Made by a program: the position numbers and the translations under genes. DNA of 63,878 nucleotides, the filler included, from Phoronis australis (lineage: Eukaryota; Animalia; Phoronida), in NCBI GenBank assembly GCA_002633005.1. It is 5 parts of 5 records of this genome, joined end to end, with 100 filler letters (N's around TTAATTAATTAA, not from the genome) between each part and the next. Parts side by side here need not be neighbours in the genome. Positions count along the whole stretch, not along the records: positions 50,818 to 62,279 come from NMRA01001297.1; positions 62,380 to 63,878 come from NMRA01001852.1; 3 more parts are not named here. One strand, 5' to 3'. Below, piece after piece: positions 51,787 through 63,844 of this stretch. A model generated the notes under the pieces. That model ran no database searches. It worked only from the letters and a program-made list of their open reading frames with translations, and was not told where the DNA came from. Each line of letters opens with the position of its first letter. The first letter of the stretch is position 1.

Positions 51787-53681
51787 CAGTGTTCTCCACG
51801 ACCACTTTTAACGTGTCGTAGCGACCAGTTTGGCCGAGCGCGCGTCCTGTTTAAATGTCCCGCGTCCTGTTTAAAAATCCAGCGTACTGTTTAAAAATCC
51901 CGCGACCAGTTTAAAAATATAGGGACTACTTTGTAAAAAAAGGCGCCGTCGTCGTTAATAAGTTCTTCACTGGTTCAAATTACGCTTGACAGCAACTGGC
52001 CATAGCCCATTGAAACTGAATAAATGCTAAGCCTAACTAAGGAAGTGGGTGGTCCCTTGTGGACAGCCTTATCACCGGACTCACTCAAGCGGCAGACCGG
52101 GCAGCAAGCCTATTTATGATGTAACGCAGCGTGTAAATAATCTCTGGATTACCTTTTCAATTCATGGGGAACAACTTGTCAATTTAAACAAAGGCCCAGT
52201 GCTACCTATATGCCTAATCCACTACCTGCTCACTGGAGGTGCAGTCCAGCACGAAAGTCGCTGATCGTTGCCTTAGGCCTTTTCGCTTTTGCAGTCACCT
52301 TTTTGTGTTCGGCGGAGAACTAATCATATTACCCATTGGAAATAAAATAATTAAGGCTCGGTGGTTAGTTCTGCGAAGTATATGTTGTCAGCAAAGACAT
52401 CGTTGCGCAGCAGTTTATGCGACAGCCGTCTTCTAGGAGGCCATAATTTTGGTTTTCGTAGCACATTTTTCAATATTCCGTAGGCCCCACAACAGACTTT
52501 ACCGATACCAGTCTCAAAAACATTTGCATAAAACTGCATTTGATGGTTCCCATTGGTTGTTGTTTGTGTATTTCTCACTTAGATGAATATTATTGGTTAC
52601 TTTTTGTGCCACCGACCCATTGAGATTGACCGAGTTCATCTCGTTGCCTTATAAGGAGTTTCGTTGGCAGCATGAACATTAGGTTTGTGGCGCATACTCC
52701 CTCTAAAAATCTGCCGAGCCGTTCGCAAACTCAACTTCGATAGTGGCTGTGACGTTTGCGGTTTTAGGGGAGTATTCTGAGATTTGGGACAGCGGGTGAC
52801 GTCACTGAGTAAAGTTATGTGTTTCGCGCTGAGAAATTGCAGCCAAAATCACGTGCTCTCATTGAAATCAAGCGGTAATATCTCGCGTAATCTCGCAGAG
52901 TTTTGACATGAGAATAGATGGTTTTCATCTGGACAATCCAGAAAATTATGGGAATTCCATAGTTGCAAGCGTTTGATAATTCAGTTGATATCTTTTTAGA
53001 AATATTGGTTGTCATCAACAGGCCTGACACTCCCGTCCAAGTAGGCCTAGATGGAAAACGCAAATAAATTGTTTTGTTTACCCTACCTAATTTGCATTCA
53101 AGGGGGACTCGCGTATTGTGCAGTTTTTACAAGAGTTTTGGTAGAGCAGAAGTGCAATATGTTGTACCAGCTTCAGAACATCGAATTCAGACTGTAAGAA
53201 TGTGCAAAATATTACACGTACAGACTGAGAGAAAACGTAAACTCTGCTATCAAGACATAAAAATGTGACTGACTTAACAAAGACACTTCACTTGGACTGT
53301 CTACGGCATAGGAAAAGTTTACTTCTGTGTTAGACTTTTTGTACTTAGTTGACATTGACATCATTATTGAGTAGCCTATAACATTTCCCCATACTGTATC
53401 AAACACTCTGTAGACTTCCATTTCAAAGTCATTGACTAAGCAAATGGGTTATGATATATGTGATATGTCTGTAAATAAGCCAACTTTTAAAAATAAAAAG
53501 TTGAATACACACAGTTATTGGTTTGCACTACTGTGCATTACTATTAAAATGAGTGGGTAAAAATAAGGTGCACAAAAAACTGCACACTAGCTTATGGAGA
53601 ATGTTGACCGCCACGCGGTTCCGGCACGTTCCAGTTTTTACGCGTGCGACCTGTTTAGATTTTCAGATGTGGAGAACACTG
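51787..53681. mobile_element. Non-autonomous hAT-like DNA transposon with 5-bp TSD
   Basis: Perfect 13-bp TIR CAGTGTTCTCCAC; TSD CTAGA on both sides; subterminal GCGTCCTGTTTAAA-type repeats. Confidence 0.88.
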
Positions 53682-53757
53682 CTAGATACTGGAAAATCCA
53701 GTAAAGCTTGGTAGCAATACAAGTCAGGAGAAAGTAATCTTTTGAAAATACTATAAG

Positions 53758-54944
53758 ACAAGAGCAACGCAGAGCGTTGAAATGCGCCCACAATTGCACC
53801 GCATACGGTATCCTTCTAGGGTTGTTTATTGGTACCACAAAGTGGCCAGTAGAGGGCATATATGTAGTATGTTGTACTTAGCAAAATGGAAAGGCATGGT
53901 CATTGTCTCCTCAATAGGCTAGGGGCAAAATGTGAGTAATCTTCATAATACAAGCACATCCTATACACCAGTTGCTTAAAGCACCACAGAAACATAAAAT
54001 AAAAACAAATTTACCAACATACGAGATTAGCACAGCATTAGAATGCCAGAAACAAATTTCTACTTGGAACTTTTCCTTCATAGTCACGAAGTAACACAAA
54101 GTATACACCTGAAGACCTATGAAAATACAGAGGTCAATGTAAAATACTATAAATTGCCACTAGAGGCAAATACTAAAATTGCCACTAGAGGCATACCGGT
54201 AGTCAGAATCATCCTAAAGTCGTCATCGTCCGTTGTCAACATCACATCAATACACTTGCTAAATTTAGTAAAGATCCTGCAAACGGTTTGGGAGATACAA
54301 CCATGGGCGCAAAAAAAACAAAACTGCCACTAGGAGGTGCCACAGTAGTCCAAATCNNNNNNNNNNNNNNNNNNNNNNNNNNNNNNNNNNNNNNNNNNNN
54401 NNNNNNNNNNNNNNNNNNNNNNNNNNNNNNNNNNNNNNNNNNNNNNNNNNNNNNNNNNNNNNNNNNNNNNNNNNNNNNNNNNNNNNNNNNNNNNNNNNNN
54501 NNNNNNNNNNNNNNNNNNNNNNNNNNNNNNNNNNNNNNNNNNNNNNNNNNNNNNNNNNNNNNNNNNNNNNNNNNNNNNNNNNNNNNNNNNNNNNNNNNNN
54601 NNNNNNNNNNNNNNNNNNNNNNNNNNNNNNNNNNNNNNNNNNNNNNNNNNNNNNNNNNNNNCGTTCAGGACTTTTGAAGATACAAAGGTAAGCGTAAAAA
54701 ACTAAAATTGCCACTAGGGGGCACACCGGTAGTCGGATCCGTCCGAAAGTTCGCACATGCCGTCCCATTCATGAATGGAACATATGTGCCAAATTTCATG
54801 AACGTATGTCAAAGGGTTTTGGAGATAGAGCAGCGGACGCCGGACGCCAGACGCCGGACGCCGCCCGGACGGACGGACGGACGGACGGACGGACGGAGAT
54901 GACGGCATAATGCGTCCACATATAAATATGTGGGCGCATAAAAA
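53758..54944 (-). mobile_element. Helentron-type HINE copy A (contains N gap)
   Basis: subTIR ATGCGCCCACA (53782-53792) / TGTGGGCGCAT (54929-54939), adjacent hairpin, (GACG)n tract, CAACGC-AGA-GCGTTG hairpin. Confidence 0.8.
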
Positions 54945-55237
54945 GGAGGTTGAAATGAGTGGTGAGTTGGCTTCCTACAGTCTTGAATGAAGCCAGCTCT
55001 GCTGTAAGACTATGTTCAGTGATTGGGCATTAAACAGTACACACCATGGATTTTTGCACATTTCGAATTACCGGTGGCCACAGACTAAATGTATGACGTA
55101 AAATTTAGCCAAATCCATGATTCTTTTGTGTCATTAGCTCGAAATTTTGATTTCTCTTTCAATTTTGCCAATTTTCGCATTTCCCGCCATGTGGCATCAT
55201 GGGTTGAACACAAGAGATCAGCGACTAGCATTGAACA

Positions 55238-55512
55238 ATGGCGGAGAGTAGAGAATTTCAAAGCGACAAAGATTATTATGAGCAAGAAATAAACAAATAC
55301 TATGAAGAAACGTACGAGAATGGTGGCCAGGATGGCGAAATGGGGTTGCACGCGGAAAGCGAGAACGAGTTTGATATGTTTTCAGCTGCGTACTTTTCTA
55401 CTTTGAGGCCTTACGAACTGGATCCTCCCACGAGAGAAGCGGCCTTAGGCTCGGCTAGTCAACCCAGTCATCCAACAGACGATCCTGAATAAAGAGCCGA
55501 TGTTTCTGAATA
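55238..55512 (+). pseudogene. Decayed first exon of a P2X7-C-terminal-like (Cys-rich) transposon accessory gene
   Basis: Acidic N-terminus, LRPYELDP motif, then DPE*RADVSE followed by a GTAAAT donor-like site. Confidence 0.5.
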
Positions 55513-55514
55513 GT

Positions 55515-55765
55515 AAATATTGTTCTTTATTGAACCAGGCCTTCATCGTAACATCTCCTCTGATTGGAGTCGAAACACGACTCCTCAAAGTGGGCAGAAC
55601 ACAGAGTGGCCCCGAACAGAATCGCTTGGTCCACGATGAAGTCCCACACTATCGTTCGGCGCACGAAGCGATGCCACTACTGCACAACTTTGGCGTCCTT
55701 CAGAACACCGATACGTTCTCCGTCTGACTGCTGTTGCTGTAGCTTCCACAAACACATCTTTTCAT
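55515..55765 (-). pseudogene. Decayed THAP DNA-binding domain
   Basis: MKRCVCGSYSN...F/KDAKVVQ*WHRFVRR...LCSAHFEESCF...; one frameshift and stops. Confidence 0.8.
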
Positions 55766-55767
55766 CC

Positions 55768-56701
55768 CTCTACGAACCTTCTCGACGCTAAATATACTTT
55801 ACTTTCACTTCACTCTATACACTCGGTAGTTGCTGATCCGAACAGTATGCCGAACGACTTGGGTTCAACCCATGACGTTGTACATAATTATTATTTTTTT
55901 CAATTTTTACGTGTTTCTTTATGAGCTGTGCACTTAAGGCACTGAAATCAACTAAGATATGATAATTAAATTTATTTTGAGGTACTAGAGTCATGTTGCG
56001 TACACTTTAAAGTTTATGTACAGTAATGTTTCCTAACATTTGAATAAAAATAATGGCCCAAATTGTCATTGTTTAAATTTTTCAAATGCTCACTATATTG
56101 ACAACAATGTTCAAAATGCCATTGTTTATTTGTTGGTGACTGCTGTACTATATAAAGTTTTCAATTAAACAAGTTTAAATTGGCTTCTTGTTTACTTCGG
56201 CTGAAAATGTTGATGAAATAAAATTTTAGTGTCNCTCTACGAACCTTCTCGACGCTAAATATACTTTACTTTCACTTCACTCTATACACTTAGTTGCTGA
56301 TCCGAACAGTGTGCCGAACGACTTGGGTTCAACCCATGACGTTGTACATAATTTTTTTTTTTTTTTTTCAATTTTTACGTGTTTCTTTATGAGCTGTGCA
56401 CTTAAGGCACTGAAATCAAGTAAGATATGATAATTAAATTTATTTTGAGGTACTAGCGTCATGTTGCGTACACTTTACAGTTTATGTACAGTAATGTTTC
56501 CTAACATTTGAATAAAAATAATGGCCCAAATTGTCATTGTTTAATGTTTTCAAATGCTCACTATATTGACAACAATGTTCAAAATGCCATTGTTTATTTG
56601 TTGGTGACTGCTGTACTATATAAAGTTTTCAATTAAACAAGTTTAAATTGGCTTCTTGTTTACTTCGGCTGAAAATGTTGATGAAATAAAATTTTACTGT
56701 C
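55768..56701. repeat. Duplication across single N (55768-56233 vs 56235-56701), probably uncollapsed haplotypes
   Basis: Near-identical direct copies joined at N 56234. Confidence 0.85.
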
Positions 56702-57336
56702 CCACCAAACTGTGTTCTAATTTGTACTCACTTAAGCGCACATCCATTTTAAACAAGAGCAACGCACAGCATTGAAATGCACCCACGAATGCACCGCAAG
56801 CGTTGTTGCTTCTAGGGGTGTTTATAAGCATCATAAAAACAGCCACTACAATGGCGCAAAATACGTCGAATCCATCTGAAAACGGAAGCATGCCTCGTTT
56901 TTAATAGAAAGCTACTTAATGAATTTAATAATAATCCATAAAGGAACTTCAAAGCAACAGAGGAAAATGGAAAAAATGAAATTGCCACTAGAGGGCACAG
57001 CGTTCGTCAGCTACGTTTGAAAGTTGTCATTATCCGTTGTCAACTTCAAATGAATACATTTGCTAAGTTTAATGAAACATCCTGCAGAGTGTTTAGGAGA
57101 TATAGCTATGGGTACAAAAAAACAAAACTGCCACTAAGAGGCACCACAGTACATGAAGTCATCGGGAAATCGTCAGCACTCCTCTTCACATTAGCAACAT
57201 ACATACCAATTTCCACAATCATCCTTAGAGTGGTTTGGTTTTTCAGAGGGGCAGATACCAAAAAACAGACTCGAAAATAACAAAATAACTCGAACTTAAC
57301 TGAAAACGAGAGGATAGCGTCACCTCACTAATGGAT

Positions 57337-57828
57337 CAGGGCTTGGAATGACCAATGACAAAAAACGCGGAAACTTTTACGGCCCAAATCATGCACGCTA
57401 CCCAGCCTTGAAGTGGTCGATGTGAACCCAGACAAAAATCGGGAGGACTAAAAAAAAATGTTACCACCATCAGTAGCATGCGTCTGCGTCCTTTTAGATC
57501 GCCCGTCGACTCCCAATTTACACACTTTTGGCTGCAGAGCCGTAGTATTTGTCGCCGCGGTTTACAGTAACACGAGACGCCATTGAAAATCCCACCACGC
57601 TATCCCAGATGCCCCGGCAATGTTGACAATTTACGTTCCTCCGAAACATAAAGAGCAACTTCCGCTTTTCGAGGTGAACGTCGTCTGCAACGCCGCGGTA
57701 AGAAAGGAATTTGCCGCGGAAATTTTATATCAAATCCGATTTTTTTACGCGGAAATATTATAAAATGCGCGGAAAGAACATTTGAAAAAAGCGGAAATCC
57801 GCGTTTCCGCGGAAAATTCCAAGCCCTG
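57337..57828. mobile_element. hAT-like MITE, probable 6-bp TSD
   Basis: Perfect 13-bp TIR CAGGGCTTGGAAT; flanks ATGGAT / ATAAAT, each one mismatch from host consensus ATAGAT; GCGGAAA subterminal repeats. Confidence 0.8.
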
Positions 57829-57895
57829 ATAAATGTCTATTTGCTAAATTTTATGAAAATCCGTTGAGAACCAATGAAGACACAGAAGTAAATGT

Positions 57896-58850
57896 AACAA
57901 GAGCAACGCGGAGCGTTGAAATGCGTCCACGAATGTATTGCAAATGGTGTGCTTTTAGGGTTATTTATTTGTATCATAAAAATGGCCACTAGACGGTGTA
58001 AAAACATACAACCCATCCAAAAACAGGAACATGCCATATTTCATAAAAATCTGTCAAGGAACTTCAAAGAAACAAAGGAAAACAGAATAAAATGAAATTG
58101 CCACTAGTGGGCACAGTGTCCATTGGATCTACTTTGAAGATACTGAGTTAAATGTAAAAAACTAAAATTGTCACTAGGGGGCACAGCAGTAGTCAGATTT
58201 GTCCAAAAGTCATTGTCATTCGTAGTCAACATCATATATCTATACACTTCCTAAATTAAGATCCTGCGAACGGTTTATAAGATACAGCCATAGATAGACG
58301 CAGCAAAAAAAACTGCCACAGTAACCGAAATCGTCGGAAAATCATCGTCAACCGTCCCCTTTATAGTAAGCACCTACAAGCCAATTTTCACAACCATCCT
58401 TCGAGAGGTTTAGTTGATAGAGGGGTGGACTCAAAAAAACGGACTCGAAAACACTAAAAATGGCCACTAGGTGGCGTAAACTACTTTGAGTCCACCCAAA
58501 AATGGGAGGATAGCCTCATTTCACTAATAGGTGCCTACACACCAAATTTCATGAAAATCCTTTAAGGACTATTGAAGATACAAAGGTAAGTGTAAAAAAC
58601 TAAAATTGCCACTAGGGGACACACCGGTTGTCGGATCCGTCCGAAAACTCGCTCATGCCGTCCCATTCATGAATGGAACATATGTGCCAAATTTCACGAA
58701 CGTATGTCAAAGGCTTTTTGAGATAGAGCAGCGGATGGCGGACATCGGACGCCGGGCGGACATCGGATGCCGGCCGGACGCCGGCCGGACGCCGCCAGGA
58801 CAGAGATGACGGCATAATGCATCCACATATAAATATGTGGGCGCATAAAA
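57896..58850 (-). mobile_element. Helentron-type HINE copy C, nested in copy B
   Basis: Both ends complete; inserted in an A-run of copy B without a visible TSD. Confidence 0.8.
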
Positions 58851-59845
58851 AACAGAAAATGTCACTAGGGGGAATACCGTTCGTCCAATCCATTCGAAAG
58901 TTGCCATACTCTGCTTTCAACTTCGTATAAATACACCAGTAAAATTCAATAAAGATCCTGTAGAGCATTTAAGAGATACGACCATGGGCGCAAAAGCAAA
59001 CAAAACTGCCACTAAGAGGCACCACAGCAGTCGAAGTCATCGGAAAATCATTGTCAGCCACAGTAGGAACATATATCCCAATTTTCAAAACCATCCCTAG
59101 AGCAGTTTGATTGATAGAAGGGCGGACGTCAGGAAACAGACTCGAAAACAGTAAAAATGGCCACTAGGTGGCACAAAACACGTTGAATCCATTGGAAAAA
59201 GCGAGGATTGCATCATCTCACTAACATATGCATAACTGCCAAATTTTATGAAAATCGGTTGAGGACTTCCAAAGATACAGAATTAAACGTAAAAAACAAA
59301 ATTGCCATTAGGGGGCACACTTGTAGTCGGAAAGGTCCGAAATTTGTCATCATCTATCGTCAGCTTTATAGGAACATGTCTACCAAATCTCATCAAAATC
59401 CAGTTACGGGTATAGGAGATACAGCTGCGAAGGTTGGACACCGGATGCCCAGACACAGATGACAGCATTATGCAATCACATATAAATATGTGGGCGCATA
59501 AATAACCAATAACGCTAGACACTAAGTTATTTCACAAAGTGTAAAACACTGAACAGATTTAATCTTGTCACAAAAAGAATAATGCAAATGTCAAAGAGGA
59601 TTCATTCACATCAGTTTGGGTCTGCTCCTTTGAGCCCATAATTACAAAATCAGTATCAGTATCAATGTTTAGTTATTATTAGGCCGATTGTTACTCATGG
59701 CTGGGCCTGCACACCCAGTGCTCAAGTAAATACATAATTATGTTCATGTATATAAAATATACATTAAATACACATATACGCGCACGCACGTACACAAGCA
59801 CAAACACACACATGTGCGCATACACACACATGTATAGTATATGTA

Positions 59846-61251
59846 CCGTATTCGCCGTAATAATCGCCCATGCCCCTATAAGCGCCCCCCCCAAGCGTTT
59901 TCAGACTTTGCTGAAATAAACGCCCAGTCCATGAACGTGTACATGCGAACAATGAGGTACCTACAGTTCTAAAACTCGGCTACAGTAGCCAGTAACGTCT
60001 TCAATTTATCAAAAAAAATTTGTACGGCTCTTCTAGACCACCAGCGGCACTGCTACGTTTGTATTTAGCCGTGACTTTACTCTTCAAAGTAACGCAGCGC
60101 TTCAAAAAGAACGCAACAGCGTTGCTACACTCTCGCGACGACCGTGTCCCACTATGGTCTGACCTTTCAGTAGACACATCGACTGTCCCATGAATAAAAA
60201 TAACTCGGTGTTAAACGCACATGGCCAGGAAGCACGCGCTACATACATGAACCTGTCAACAGAGACAATAGTCGGGAACTATCCATTCATGAAACGGGTA
60301 GCATAGCATCGATAAGAAATGAATATTGGCACTAATTTCCGACAATTTCTAGTACTATAAAACATGTTTGAGTTATTTTTGAGATGGATTGTTTGATTAA
60401 CCATAATTGGTGTTTTTAAGCCAAATATCCGATAAAATGACAACTGACAGTGAATGCTTACACACCCTTACACCGAAAAATAACTGTCAGATAGTTACGT
60501 ACACGGCGACTAATATGGGCCCTACCGAGACAAATGTCAAAAGTTTTTAGCACGAGACCGGCAAGTGCTGAATGAAACACGCTCTGGTTTAGGCCTACTG
60601 TTTGTGCAAATTTCTTTAGAAACATCTATCTAGTTAGATTGCGTGGCTCTGGCCAAAAGACGGTCTCTGCTTTGGCAAATGAACTCTGGTGACATGCACG
60701 TGCTCCCTTACTCGCAGACGAACTTCAAAACAAACGTCACGTGACCATAACATGTGTGTTCGTCCAGACATTTTTCTTGCCGTGTTGCCGATCATACATG
60801 TAGATGGCACGATGTTGCAGATTTGTACTTAAACCTGCTGTTAATCCAGACTCCACAGGAACTTAAAAAATCTTATAGACGCTACTTGTAAAACTTAATG
60901 AGGATTTCAGGTAATTTGCTTGAGTCGAAACCATTTTTATTCAAGCACTGAAGTCGCCATATCAAAGACGGCGATTTCGAGGCAGTCAGTCGGCGAGTTT
61001 TCGCCCTGGGATTTCAGCAATTTTCTGTACTAAAATGATCGTAATTTAGCAGCAAAGTTTGATAGCAATGCACCAGTTTTGTTGAGTCTTTCATAGATTA
61101 CATATACGTCACAGAGCGCAAATTTGATGAATCTTAGCTTCCGATCTCACTCGTTTCGGAGACCAGGTTTCAACCGCCTTGGGTTATAATAAGCGCCCCC
61201 CCTGAACCGAACTTTTCTAAGCGCCCTGGGCGGTTATTACGGCGAATACGG
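59846..61251. mobile_element. Non-autonomous Tc1/mariner (pogo/Tc2-like) element
   Basis: TA TSD on both sides; TIR CCGTATTCGCCGTAATAA(T/C)CGCCCA; subterminal ATAAGCGCCCCC repeats. Confidence 0.9.
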
Positions 61252-61279
61252 TAATAAACTTTAGGTACACATACACACA

Positions 61280-61592
61280 CATGTATTGTACAATATTGAA
61301 CATGTATTGTATAATATTGAACATGTATTGTATAATATTGAACATGTATTGTATAATATTGAACATGTATTGTATAATATTGAACATGTATTGTATAATA
61401 TTGAACATGTATTGTATAATATTGAACATGTATTGTATAATATTGAACATGTATTGTATAATATTGAACATGTATTGTATAATATTGAACATGTATTGTA
61501 TAATATTGAACATGTATTGTATAATATTGAACATGTATTGTATAATATTGAACATGTATTGTATAATATTGAACATGTATTGTATAATATGT
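61280..61592. repeat. 21-bp minisatellite, about 15 nearly perfect copies
   Basis: Unit CATGTATTGTATAATATTGAA. Confidence 0.97.
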
Positions 61593-62279
61593 AACATACG
61601 TTAGGAAATATCAATAAAATAACAATGGTTCAAACCAAATTCTACAAAATGAAGTATGTTTGAGAATTTACATCCTCGTTTTAAAAACATTGGCGTGTCA
61701 CGCGGTACATGAGCGAAAGGTGCCACTAAATTTTGTCTTGACATCTGAGTTTACTATTAAGTGACAGTGTGATGCACTAAGGTTAGTAACCCAGCTACAC
61801 AAACACAAACACATGAGGCTATTTTTGTAATAATAATTGCTATCCACATTTTTGGAGGTATCAATTCATTACCAGTGTGAGGTATTTTGAAATTTCAGTA
61901 CAATTACAGGCATGAACAAAAACAACAAAACTAATAACATCAAATTGCCAACAAAATGTTGGAATACTAGACAACAACTTGTCTACAGGAAACAGAGAGT
62001 AGATTACAGGGGAAAGCAGCTATTTTAGCTTACCATATCATAAAATGATACTAAATACAGTTTTGACCTATTAACAGATATCAAAACCAATTTTTCCATC
62101 CAGGTCTCTAAAACAAAATAGGTTTGTAAACCTCATCCACCCTCAAAAGTTTGTAGAAAAACTTCTTAAAAGTGTTTTAAACTGCTTTCCCCTTTAACTG
62201 AGTAGAGTAATGAAAGAGTAAATTGTTTACTTACTGCCCCTGTCCCATCCCCGCCATGTTGATGGCATTGAAAGCCATG

Positions 62280-62379
62280 NNNNNNNNNNNNNNNNNNNNN
62301 NNNNNNNNNNNNNNNNNNNNNNNTTAATTAATTAANNNNNNNNNNNNNNNNNNNNNNNNNNNNNNNNNNNNNNNNNNNN
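62280..62379. other. Artificial contig linker
   Basis: 44 N + TTAATTAATTAA + 44 N. Confidence 0.97.
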
Positions 62380-63766
62380 TCTTGAAAACGTTCTCTGAAT
62401 CAACATACTTAAAAAAGGCCTGAAAACATGCTTTGCGCATATTTTTCAGATCAAATTGAATAAAGAATACATTTCTTTTGAAATTTCTCTAGAGGACTTT
62501 TTCTAACAAGGGATAACGGAGTCATTTGTCACTCTCTTTTCCGTTTTTTTTATAAATTACATGTCCCAATTGGGAACTTGACGGAAAGGGACTTAACTTC
62601 AATGGGTGTGCATTACGTGTTCAAAATTCTTTTATTTCCATTTCATATTTAGGACTCATGTCTTTGACTAGAGGCCCATTGATGGCATCCATGACCACCC
62701 TTTTCCTATTTTTATATTTATACCCTTTGTTCTAAGGGGCTGTTCACAAAGGGGTACCGTTTATCTTGTAGTTGTGAAATTGGAAGGTCGCCTCTTGGAG
62801 GGCCACCAGACGGTATTATCAATTGTTGCTTTTTAAACTTTCTTAAAGATGTATTTGCAGGCTCCTAACTATGCTAATGTACAGCAGAAACTAAACGACA
62901 ATGTTATTTAAACATCATCTACGTCAAACAAAGTACTGTTGTATTCATTGACAACTTTTAAATGTGAAAACAAAAAAATCTGAAAATAGGTGACTTTTGC
63001 ACTATTGGCGTACCTTGGGGGCTCACATAACCTGCATCATGCTGTGTTATTCCCCAACACCACGTCACGTTGCTTACTCGACACTGTTTGATGATTTATG
63101 GCGGATCATTTTAGACACAAAACTCGTTCTTAAAAACATTTGATAATTTTTACCTACTTTACATTCACTTCGTCGCTATACGTTGCATTTCTAACCAATT
63201 TAACCAAGCAATCACAGAGACAAGGAATTAGCTTACAAGGTCAACTTTCATGATATAGTCTTTTATATTAAAGGGCCTCCTTTGAGACGGGGCTCTCTTT
63301 TGAAGAGGCGTTCCGGGGCATTTGCCTATTCACGAGAGGAAATATATATACAAACTTTCAAATTGGTTGAGAGAACCACAGAACATGTTCATGTGAAGCT
63401 TAGCAACATCAAAACACTTCCAACCAAATAATGTGAGACTCTAATACATGAAGTTTGACGAAGTTGAAGACTCCTATTTGTAAATTACGCAAGAAGTATT
63501 AACAATGGCTTTATATCGATTAAATAATTCCAAGAAATCATTGTGTACGTAGAGAGAGTTATTCGTAGGAAACCTGCACTTGTCGATCAGATTGTCGGGC
63601 TATAATTTTTAGGACGTCGCCGTGTACAGTGTTCATGTCTAACGGGCTAAAGAGATTACTATTATTAAAATCTCTTGCTCTATTTACTATGTCACGACGT
63701 TTCGTGTTCCCGCGTTCTTAGAAGAACGAGCACGGATATGTGGTACACTCATGGTGTGATTTTTTT

Positions 63767-63844
63767 CCCAGGCAGGATTTGAACCCACGACTTATAAAAC
63801 TACAGATATTTCGAGTCCAACACCTTAACCACTACACCACGGAG
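63767..63844 (-). pseudogene. tRNA-Ser(CGA)-like pseudogene or SINE head
   Basis: GTGGTGTAGTGGTTAAGGTGTTGGA-CTCGAAA-...GTGGGTTCAAATCCTGC; long variable region; anticodon stem broken. Confidence 0.6.

Larger units (their letters stand above)
55034..56006. mobile_element. Kolobok (KolobokP-like) unit with converging THAP and P2X7-C-terminal-like 5' fragments
   Basis: TTAA at 55030-55033 and 56007-56010; imperfect TIR ACAGTACACACCATG / AGTGTACGCAACATG; see the internal ORF remnants. Confidence 0.7.
56752..59502 (-). mobile_element. Helentron-type HINE copy B, interrupted by a hAT-like MITE and by HINE copy C
   Basis: Starts AACAAGAGCAACGC, ends TATGTGGGCGCATAAA; internal AAATTGCCACTAG-anchored degenerate units. 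Confidence 0.75.

Noticed and set aside
61217-61614. Heptad-repeat ORFs / CRISPR-like periodicity
   Set aside because: Pure 21-bp tandem repeat, no spacers, eukaryotic context.
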